A DNA stretch of 32,000 nt from Candidatus Heimdallarchaeota archaeon. GTDB lineage: Archaea; Asgardarchaeota; Heimdallarchaeia; Heimdallarchaeales; Kariarchaeaceae. Position 1 is the first letter of the stretch; every line of letters starts with the position of its first letter. The stretch lies in assembly GCA_030149205.1 (NCBI GenBank), contig JASBSB010000006.1, positions 480,001 to 512,000 on the forward strand, written 5' to 3'. The notes below the pieces were generated by a model. It made no database searches. It saw only the letters and a program-made list of their open reading frames with translations, and was not told the origin of the DNA. Of the stretch, positions 24,944 to 32,000 are shown piece after piece. The translations under genes and the position numbers were made by a program.

Positions 24944-27511
24944 TTATTTTGATTTTTCTGTTACGAATTCCTTATAATTTGGAGAGATGGTTAAATCAAC
25001 GATACCTGTACCAAGGGTGATTTCTTGTCCTACAATAACGTTTTCAATGATACCTACAAGATTATCACGTTCTCCTCTTATCGAAGCATCTAAGAGATGT
25101 TTAACAGTAACTTCAAATGCAGCTCTGGCCAAAACCGAAGTGTTTTCTCCTGAGATCCCATGTCTCCCTATCTGTCGAATATCGCCTGAATAGGTCATTA
25201 AATCTGAAACAAGCATTAAGTGCCTCATGTCAACCTCTAATCCTTGTTTTTCCATAACTTCATTTGATTCACGGATGATTGCATTTCTTGCTGCCTCAAT
25301 GCCAAGAGTTTCTGCAATTTCATGGATATGGTTAGTATAAGATTTTTCTGGATCAACTCCAGGAATTCTTAGTACCTGTATAAAGTTAGAGCCTTCAGAG
25401 ATTATCTCGAATCTTTCTTCCTCTCCTTCCTTTGAGCTCTTCTTCTTGATCATAACTCGACTTACACCTTTTAGCCCCTTTATTGGGATAGCTCTAACTT
25501 TTTCAGATAATTTTTGGAGCTCTTGTAAGGTTGGGCTTTCTGCATTTGGATAAACCACAATTACGTTCCCATCAACTGAAGCTTTATACTTTCTTTTTTG
25601 AATTTTCTCTCTAACCTCTTCAGGTGTGACCCCTTTATCACTGAGAAGTTCTTTGTTTAAGCTGACATTAATGGTTAAATTGATTTGATCCGTCTCTAAC
25701 TTTTCTGCGAGATCATTTACAGTTGTTAATTCAATATTCTGGGCAACTTCCTTTGCCTTCTCCCTATTTGTTTCATATTCTGGTTCCAAAGCAACTGTCA
25801 TACTAGGAGTACTGGGTTTTTTCCTTGCATCAACAATCTCAATTAGACGTGGTAAACCAAGTGTTACATTCATCTCTCTAACACCTGCAAAGTGGAAGGT
25901 TCTTAGAGTATTATGTGTGACAACACCATCGGCCGTAACAAAAGTTTCACTCCCAGGAACCGAAAAATCGTATACATAAGTGGTGGGAGATTTGATTCTC
26001 TTGATGTTGGTTATCCTATCCCAAGTTACGTCACTATAGATTGCATTTTCAAGAATTAAAAGCTCTTCAGTTAATTCTGCTGAGTTCTTATGATTTTTCA
26101 AAGAGTTATAGATCTGTATTAATTCTGTTCTCTGTAGAGATGAAAAATTTTGGAAGCTGGTTTTAAGCTTAATATTTACAATTTCATTTAAATTCTCAAA
26201 GCCTGGAATAACATCAGTCTTTGTGGATTTAATCGAGTTTAATCCCAATACATATTGAAAATCATTTTCATTTACAATAAGAGAATAATTATTTTTATTG
26301 AACCTAGTAATAACTTCAAACATTGAGAACAACAAACCAATCATCTGTAGATTCCAATCAGAATGTACATTGATCCGATAGTCCATTCCCTCTAAAGAGG
26401 TTAATTCGGAGTATAATAAATGTTCAAGAAATTCAGCTCTGAAGTTTTCATCATGTTCCAATATGTCTACAGGAATTTTATAATCTGAGTTTTCCTCCAA
26501 ATTTCTAACTATTGTTAAAATTTCTACAGAAATATCGGTAGTATCAATTGATGCTTTAACTTTTCTCTCTAATTCTCTCAACGCAACTTGGACATTTCCA
26601 GAATTTCCATAGGTTAATTCACTTGAGATCTGTTGAGGAGAATGTTTTGGGAATTTCATCATCACTGGAATGCTATCCCCAATCTTTAGCATATTTCCCT
26701 TTATAGGAATAATAGAGTTTTTAGCTCTGACTACAAATGAATGAGATGGAGTTGCGATTATTGACCTTCCTGAGGCAAAATCAACTTTTATCAAATTTCC
26801 GTTAGGTTTATGCCTGCTTATCTCTGCAACCGGTAACCATTCAACCTTCTCAGTTTGAACCAGTGATGGAACCTGTAAATTAAGTTCAGTGACGTCACCA
26901 ATAAAACTATCATTTTCTTGAATTTTTTTAGATTCAGGTAAAAGATCAATCAGATCATTGACCAACTCCTCAAAAGTTAAAACCTGAATTTTATCTTTAA
27001 ATTGCACAATGATCCTTTCGTTTCCTGATATTGACATTTGTGTCCCAGGTTCTCCAATACTCTGTGCACTTACAACACCTGCTGCTGCACCAGGATCCAT
27101 TTCTGCAAAGGTGTATGATCGAAAGATCTCAAGCATTATGGTTTCAAATTGTTCTTGAGTGACATATGTTGAATTTTTATCTGGTTTAGATTTTGTGGCG
27201 TTGATTTCACTTGCACGCTCTTTTAATTTTGCCCTAAGTTGATTTAAGACATCAAGAGAAACCAAACGATCAGATCTATTCTGATAATCTGCTAATTGAG
27301 TCTCTATATCGTCAAACGAAAGATATCCATTACTTTTACCTGTTGCCTTCTTGGTAGTTTCCTTTTTAGTGGTTGACTTCTTGGTAGTTTCCTTTTTAGT
27401 GGTTGCCTTCTTGGTAGTTTCTTTTTTGGTGGTTGCCTTCTTGGTAGTTGCCTTTTTGGTGGTTGCCTTCTTAGCAGTTTCTTTCTTGGGTACGGTGCTT
27501 TTCTTTGCCAT
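24944..27511 (-). CDS. rpoA2: DNA-directed RNA polymerase subunit A'' (Rpo1C), intein-containing, with a Lys/Thr-rich N-terminal repeat
   Basis: AQSIGEPGTQM|intein|TLRTFHFAGV, TLGLPRLIE, TNHIHEI...LGIEAAR, VD.RHL.LV.D.MT, LARAAFE, ENVIVGQ. Confidence 0.96.
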   Translation of the reverse strand: MAKKSTVPKKETAKKATTKKATTKKATTKKETTKKATTKKETTKKSTTKKETTKKATGKSNGYLSFDDIETQLADYQNRSDRLVSLDVLNQLRAKLKERASEINATKSKPDKNSTYVTQEQFETIMLEIFRSYTFAEMDPGAAAGVVSAQSIGEPGTQMSISGNERIIVQFKDKIQVLTFEELVNDLIDLLPESKKIQENDSFIGDVTELNLQVPSLVQTEKVEWLPVAEISRHKPNGNLIKVDFASGRSIIATPSHSFVVRAKNSIIPIKGNMLKIGDSIPVMMKFPKHSPQQISSELTYGNSGNVQVALRELERKVKASIDTTDISVEILTIVRNLEENSDYKIPVDILEHDENFRAEFLEHLLYSELTSLEGMDYRINVHSDWNLQMIGLLFSMFEVITRFNKNNYSLIVNENDFQYVLGLNSIKSTKTDVIPGFENLNEIVNIKLKTSFQNFSSLQRTELIQIYNSLKNHKNSAELTEELLILENAIYSDVTWDRITNIKRIKSPTTYVYDFSVPGSETFVTADGVVTHNTLRTFHFAGVREMNVTLGLPRLIEIVDARKKPSTPSMTVALEPEYETNREKAKEVAQNIELTTVNDLAEKLETDQINLTINVSLNKELLSDKGVTPEEVREKIQKRKYKASVDGNVIVVYPNAESPTLQELQKLSEKVRAIPIKGLKGVSRVMIKKKSSKEGEEERFEIISEGSNFIQVLRIPGVDPEKSYTNHIHEIAETLGIEAARNAIIRESNEVMEKQGLEVDMRHLMLVSDLMTYSGDIRQIGRHGISGENTSVLARAAFEVTVKHLLDASIRGERDNLVGIIENVIVGQEITLGTGIVDLTISPNYKEFVTEKSK
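25910..27034 (-). mobile_element. Intein (375 aa, residues 160-534 of RpoA'') with degenerate LAGLIDADG homing endonuclease
   Basis: Interrupts GTQM/TLRTF. Starts SISGNE, block B I.ATPSHSF, ends VYDFSVPGSETFV.ADG.VTHN; +1 residue is Thr. Confidence 0.95.
27338..27487 (-). repeat. Tandem 15-bp (30-bp higher-order) repeat encoding 10 x KK[AES]T[TAG]
   Basis: TTGGTAGTTTCCTTTTTAGTGGTTGCCTTC-like 30-mers at 27351, 27381, 27411 and 27441. Confidence 0.95.
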
Positions 27512-30237
27512 TATTCTTCATCCTCACCTAATACTGTTTGTAGGATTACATCGATATTAACAGCTTTTCCATTATCACTTTTTGCTGGATCTATGTTATC
27601 CTCACCAAATTTGAACTGGATAATTTCACCAGTCGAATTTCTTACTGTTTTATCATAATTCGCGGTTAAATCTTGCATTGCATTTACCAATCTTCTTTGC
27701 ATATATCCACTAGAACTTGTACGGACAGCAGTATCTACTAATCCTTCTCTTCCACCACAAGCATGCATGAAAAACTCAATAGGCGTAAGACCTTTCCTAA
27801 AACTGGAATTAACAAATCCGTGAGCATCAGCAGAAAGATCTCCCCGGGTGAAATGAGGTAATGTTCTATCTTCATATCCTCTCATAATCCTGTTTCCACG
27901 GACAGATTGTTGCCCTACACAAGCACTCATCTGTGACAAGTTTAACATATTTCCTCTTGCACCAGTCTTTGCCATAATAACCGCCTCATTCGTCATACCA
28001 AGATATTCTGCGCTAACACTGCCGGCCTCATCACGAGCCTTTGCAAGTTCATCCTGAATCTTTGCTTCGAGAGATTCTCTTAAGGTATTTCCGGGAATAC
28101 GTTCTAATTTTCCAGAGTGAAACTCATCAATTAATTTATCTACATTTTCCTTTCGTTTCCCTATCTCAGAATCTATTCTCTCTCTACCTTCGATTGGAAC
28201 CTCAACTGCATCTACCCCAATTGTAAATCCACGTCTTGTGATATAGGCAGCAAGCATTTTAGTAATACCATCCAAAAATTTTCTTGTGGCATTTGTACCA
28301 AACTCCTTTAAAATTCGATGTAATACAGAATTAGGCACCTCAGCACCAAACCCTTGCTTATCAATTACCCCTGCAATTAGTTTTCCATTTTTAATAATAA
28401 CATAACCATCTGTTGGACATCTCTCCTTTAGACATTTTCCATCTGGTTGAGTCTTATCACAGACACATAGTTTATTCTTCATAGAAAAATTAAGTTCTTT
28501 TGGGAGCAATGTACTAAACAGAGTACGTCCGGACCATAATGGTGTACCATCAATGGTTTTTTTATCAGGTTCAGGCATCTCCCAAACATCAGCAGCCGTG
28601 AGTAGTTCACTCGCAGTTCTCTTTTCAAGATAAGTCCCACTTTTTGTTAAGAAATATGAAGCTGTGATAAAGTCCTGAATTGCTCCTATAATTGGGCCTC
28701 CGTACCTTGGTGTACTGATCTGTTCTTGAACCTTCATAAGTATATTCGCTTCTGCTCTTGCCTCTTCACTCTGAGGGACATGAAGATTCATCTCATCTCC
28801 ATCAAAGTCAGCATTATAAGGCCTACAAACACAAAGATTTAATCTAAAGGTCTTATAAGGCATCACTTTGACTTCATGAGCCATAATTGACATTCGATGC
28901 AGACTTGGTTGACGGTTAAACAGTACAATATCACCATCTCTAAGGTGACGTTCTATAATAAAACCAGGTCTCAGGGATTCAGAAACTATAGATGGATCAC
29001 GAGCAAACCTAAGGTCGATACGTCTCCCATCATCTCTAATAATATAATTTACCCCAGGATCACCCTTTGGTCCCTGCATAACCAACTCTTTCATTTCCTC
29101 TATATTCCATTCTGTCACCCTTTCTGGAACTGTCAGAATTTCTGCGATTTCCTTGGGGACACCCACCTGATTTATTGAGAGTAACGGATCTGGAGAGACA
29201 ACAGTACGGGCTGAAAAATCAACACGCTTACCGCTTAAGTTAGAACGGAATCTACCCTCTTTACCTTTTAATCTTTGAGTCAGAGTTCGTAAAGCTCTCC
29301 CACTCCTATGTCTCGCTGGAGGAATTCCACTAACTTCATTATCTAGATAAGTTGTGACGTGGTATTGGAGAAGCTCCCATAAATCCTCAACAATTAATTG
29401 AGGAGCACCTGATTCTCTATTATCATAAAGTCGTTGGTTTATTCGTATGATGTCAACAAGTTTATGTGTTAAATCATCCTCTGATCTTATCCCTGAATCT
29501 AGTGTGATACTTGGTCTTACGGATACTGGAGGAACAGGTAATACATCTAAAATCATCCATTCAGGTCTTGCATTCTCAGCATCAATTCCAAGAAGTAAGG
29601 CATCGTCATCTGGTATCAGCTTAAGTCTACCTTGAACTTCCAAAGCAGAAATTTTATCAACTACTTTGTTTCCATTAGCGGTTTCAAATTCTTCATTATA
29701 TGTAGTTGGTTTTTCTAATCTAACTTTATGCTGGAACTCCCCACAATGAGGACAGCCGTGACCTTCATCACCACCCTTTGGGTTAATCAGTTGATCACGT
29801 GCCTTTTTAGCCTTCTTCCATATTTGTTCCAAAAGTAACTGATCTAGTGTACCTGTTTCCTCTCGTCCCTGTCTTAGTTTGTTTACATAGAAAGTTACCT
29901 GCCGCTGGGGCAATACAATCCTTGAACATTTTCTACAAACTACTTGGAGGATCTTATATATTGTTTTGTTGAACCCCACGTGCACAATTGGTCTTTGTAA
30001 TTCTATATGACCAAAGTGCCCCGGACAGCCACCGATCCTATTTCCACAGGTAGTACATCTGGTACCAGGGTCTATCGTCCCTAATGCCGAATCCATTAAC
30101 CCATGAGGAATTGGTGTCCCATCCTCGTCAAATGTGTCTGCTGTAATAATACGTTGGACACTCATCTTTCGGATTTCATCTGGTGATAAAAGTCCGAACC
30201 TTATTGCTGCAATAGATTTAGGTAAATTGTAAGCCAT
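27511..30237 (-). CDS. rpoA1: DNA-directed RNA polymerase subunit A' (Rpo1N)
   Basis: C..C...CPGHFGHIEL, GKRVDFSARTV, NRQPSLH, catalytic NADFDGDEMN, DTAVRT.SSGYMQRRL. ATG at 30237 with a GGGTG SD. Stop overlaps the rpoA2 start (TAATG). Confidence 0.97.
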   Translation of the reverse strand: MAYNLPKSIAAIRFGLLSPDEIRKMSVQRIITADTFDEDGTPIPHGLMDSALGTIDPGTRCTTCGNRIGGCPGHFGHIELQRPIVHVGFNKTIYKILQVVCRKCSRIVLPQRQVTFYVNKLRQGREETGTLDQLLLEQIWKKAKKARDQLINPKGGDEGHGCPHCGEFQHKVRLEKPTTYNEEFETANGNKVVDKISALEVQGRLKLIPDDDALLLGIDAENARPEWMILDVLPVPPVSVRPSITLDSGIRSEDDLTHKLVDIIRINQRLYDNRESGAPQLIVEDLWELLQYHVTTYLDNEVSGIPPARHRSGRALRTLTQRLKGKEGRFRSNLSGKRVDFSARTVVSPDPLLSINQVGVPKEIAEILTVPERVTEWNIEEMKELVMQGPKGDPGVNYIIRDDGRRIDLRFARDPSIVSESLRPGFIIERHLRDGDIVLFNRQPSLHRMSIMAHEVKVMPYKTFRLNLCVCRPYNADFDGDEMNLHVPQSEEARAEANILMKVQEQISTPRYGGPIIGAIQDFITASYFLTKSGTYLEKRTASELLTAADVWEMPEPDKKTIDGTPLWSGRTLFSTLLPKELNFSMKNKLCVCDKTQPDGKCLKERCPTDGYVIIKNGKLIAGVIDKQGFGAEVPNSVLHRILKEFGTNATRKFLDGITKMLAAYITRRGFTIGVDAVEVPIEGRERIDSEIGKRKENVDKLIDEFHSGKLERIPGNTLRESLEAKIQDELAKARDEAGSVSAEYLGMTNEAVIMAKTGARGNMLNLSQMSACVGQQSVRGNRIMRGYEDRTLPHFTRGDLSADAHGFVNSSFRKGLTPIEFFMHACGGREGLVDTAVRTSSSGYMQRRLVNAMQDLTANYDKTVRNSTGEIIQFKFGEDNIDPAKSDNGKAVNIDVILQTVLGEDEE

Positions 30238-30423
30238 GTCACACCCACGGAATTGTGATTGAAAAAAAAAAGCTCTTCGAGACAATTTGAAGAACTTTTA
30301 GATATATCTTAACCTATTGGAGAATCAATTTTATTAAAGTATTAAGATGCCTCGCGCATAAAGTTAGGCATAAAAACCCTTTTTTTATGAAAGAAACTTT
30401 TAACCAAATTCAAGAGAAATTTA

Positions 30424-30945
30424 TCATTCTTTTGTCTTAAGTTTCTCCTTTTCTTCTTTTGCCTTTTCTCGTTGAAGAATAAAGCTATGAGTAAACTGAT
30501 AAAGCCACTCCATAATTTCTAACGATACAGATGGCTTGTTCTCAAATACATTCCAACCCCTATCATAAATTCGATTCAAACTCAGAGATTCAATAATTTG
30601 GGAACGGCTTAAAGACCCTATTTGAGTAGTCTCTGGAATTACTATCGCAAGTGGTAAGGCCTTATCCTCGGTTTGCCAAATAAAATCTTTCCAAAAGGAT
30701 TTCCTGATTTCTATCACTAAATCATCATCGACATCAAGATTTAGAACAATAGCATCAACTGAACTATTAGAGAAATTTTTCTTCCATTTGGAAAAGGATT
30801 CGACTTCTTCAACCAACCATTCCGTCTTATCGTCAGAGGATTCATTTAATGAATCAAACAGACTTTTTGGCTTTCCAACCTTAAGATATAGGATTTTAGG
30901 ATGGATGATTGAATACTTATTAAAGGCGAATCGAAGAGTATCCAT
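30424..30945 (-). CDS. Arf/Arl-like small-GTPase-fold protein with degenerate G motifs (putative pseudo-GTPase)
   Basis: WKKNF...VDAIVL.LD, LPLAIV, LS.SQI.ESL.LNRI.DRGWNVF and MEWL echo the Arf/Arl C-terminal half. Start could be ATG 30945 or 31035. Confidence 0.6.
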   Translation of the reverse strand: MDTLRFAFNKYSIIHPKILYLKVGKPKSLFDSLNESSDDKTEWLVEEVESFSKWKKNFSNSSVDAIVLNLDVDDDLVIEIRKSFWKDFIWQTEDKALPLAIVIPETTQIGSLSRSQIIESLSLNRIYDRGWNVFENKPSVSLEIMEWLYQFTHSFILQREKAKEEKEKLKTKE

Positions 30946-31354
30946 AATTGAAATATTAAATAGACTTATAATAACTCTTCTTTTTGAATCCCAATGAAGA
31001 ATTAAAGTATTTTCATTAAAGGTTTTTATTAACATTGCTAAAAAATAAAAAAAAGATTACCCTCTCAATATTTAACATCAAAAAATAAAAAGTCTAAAAT
31101 GTGTTTAAGCGTCAAAATATAAAGAAAAAGAAAGGAATAATTGTAATTTATTACCTTATATGATTTTATTTGAAATGTTATTTTTTAGATTTGATCATTA
31201 ACCATTCTCAAGTAATAAAATTCTTTAGAAAATTTAAATCAAAGAGAACTAGAAAATACTATACTATTCTAAAAGGTTCAAACTCAAATTCAACCCCCAT
31301 AGGTTAACAACATTAATAACAACACATATAAATTCAAGAAAGGAAGGATTTACA

Positions 31355-31993
31355 GTGAATAAGAAAAGAATAACTGTAATTTGTTTCCTTATTATTTTGA
31401 CTTTTTTAATCTCTCATTCACAAGCAACAGCCTATTCTGCAACGAGAGGAGTTGAACTCGGTGATACAATCAGGCTCGCATATAAGGGTGTGTTTAAGAA
31501 TGGAACAATTTTTGACCAAAACCAAAATGCTGTATTCAAGAATCTGCAATACGGAAATTATATTGATGGTTTTGTCACCAATGTGCTTGGAATGAAAATT
31601 GGAGAGTCTAAAACTTTTGAAGTTCCTCCATCTCAGGGGTACACTCAAAAAGGTCACAAATTATATGGACTTACCCTAATTTTCACTGTAAAGATACTTG
31701 GGGTACAGGGTTACACTAGTGCCGCTCCTCAATCGTCTGGTCCTAACATTCTAAGTCAGACATTTACAGTGATCGCGTGGATTGGGGGTATCATTCTTGC
31801 CCCAATAGTTGGTTATAGAGGTTATGAATATTTTAAAAACTCCACAGTTATAAACAAAAAGATTAATGTGTGTTCTGTATGTGGTGATAAGTCAGACGGT
31901 ATCTGTGCAAGTTGTGGTTTTCCATACTGCAGATCAGATTTTAGAAAGGGTTGCCCAAACTGTCATGCAAACACGTTCAAGCCTAAGTCCTAA
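31355..31993 (+). CDS. FKBP-type peptidyl-prolyl isomerase with signal peptide, TM helix and C-terminal Cys-rich zinc cluster
   Basis: GD.I.L.Y.G...NG.IFD, I.GF...VLGMK.GE.KT..VPP..GY, L.G.TL.F.V.I; TM FTVIAWIGGIILAPIVGY; CSVC..CASC..C..CPNC. Confidence 0.85.
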   Translation: MNKKRITVICFLIILTFLISHSQATAYSATRGVELGDTIRLAYKGVFKNGTIFDQNQNAVFKNLQYGNYIDGFVTNVLGMKIGESKTFEVPPSQGYTQKGHKLYGLTLIFTVKILGVQGYTSAAPQSSGPNILSQTFTVIAWIGGIILAPIVGYRGYEYFKNSTVINKKINVCSVCGDKSDGICASCGFPYCRSDFRKGCPNCHANTFKPKS

Positions 31994-32000
31994 AATATAA

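Noticed and set aside
24944-25000. Pol II-like CTD heptads at the RpoA'' C-terminus
   Set aside because: The protein ends ISPNYKEFVTEKSK; there are no YSPTSPS-like repeats.
27338-27487. CRISPR array
   Set aside because: The repeats are contiguous with no spacers and lie in frame within a CDS; no cas genes are present.
27505-27525. Programmed -1 frameshift fusing RpoA' and RpoA'' into one eukaryote-like subunit
   Set aside because: There is no slippery heptamer, and the A'' frame has a TGA three codons upstream of its ATG. The TAATG overlap plus SD fits translational coupling.
30238-30285. N-terminal extension MSRRAFFFQSQFRGCD of RpoA' from the ORF track
   Set aside because: It runs through a T10 tract, and the ATG at 30237 has an SD and matches the usual A' start.
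30346-30390. Two adjacent hairpins (ATGCCT/AGGCAT and CATAAAAA/TTTTTATG) as a structured RNA
   Set aside because: The stems are short or low-complexity with no recognisable motif; at most a terminator.
1937-31657. Short ORF-track entries antisense or out-of-frame within longer genes (e.g. 1937-2137, 5027-5290, 5420-5743, 8456-8797, 11089-11385, 13662-14084, 18814-19248, 24987-25193, 27351-27560, 31418-31657)
   Set aside because: They are shadows of well-supported genes with no motifs. 27351-27560 and 11089-11385 are simply antisense readings of low-complexity coding DNA.

Overview
AT-rich archaeal chromosomal core region. It is most consistent with an Asgard archaeon: archaeal split RNA polymerase A'/A'', uS12, NAC and A/V-ATPase subunits occur together with eukaryote-signature-like proteins (a TSG101/Vps23-Vps37-like UEV protein and an Arf-like fold). 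I find about 33 credible CDSs, four tRNAs (Pro-UGG, Glu-UUC, Val-UAC, Gly-CCC) and one box C/D guide sRNA that the ORF track cannot show. Highlights: (1) three of the four tRNAs carry a non-canonical T-loop (59/60) intron with a bulge-helix-bulge motif, and two of these also have a canonical 37/38 intron; (2) a free-standing C/D sRNA whose D guide is predicted to direct Cm34 on tRNA-Trp; (3) RpoA'' with ten tandem KKxTT pentapeptides at its N-terminus and a 375-aa intein with a decayed endonuclease; (4) an apparent Arf-family pseudo-GTPase directly upstream of rpoA'; (5) an ESCRT-I-like UEV gene behind a triple half-EF-hand gene; (6) a membrane FKBP with a cytoplasmic Cys-rich zinc cluster; (7) an unannotated 38-aa membrane peptide. 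No rRNA, CRISPR array, transposase or integrase was seen. All family calls come from motif recognition by eye; no database searches were run.
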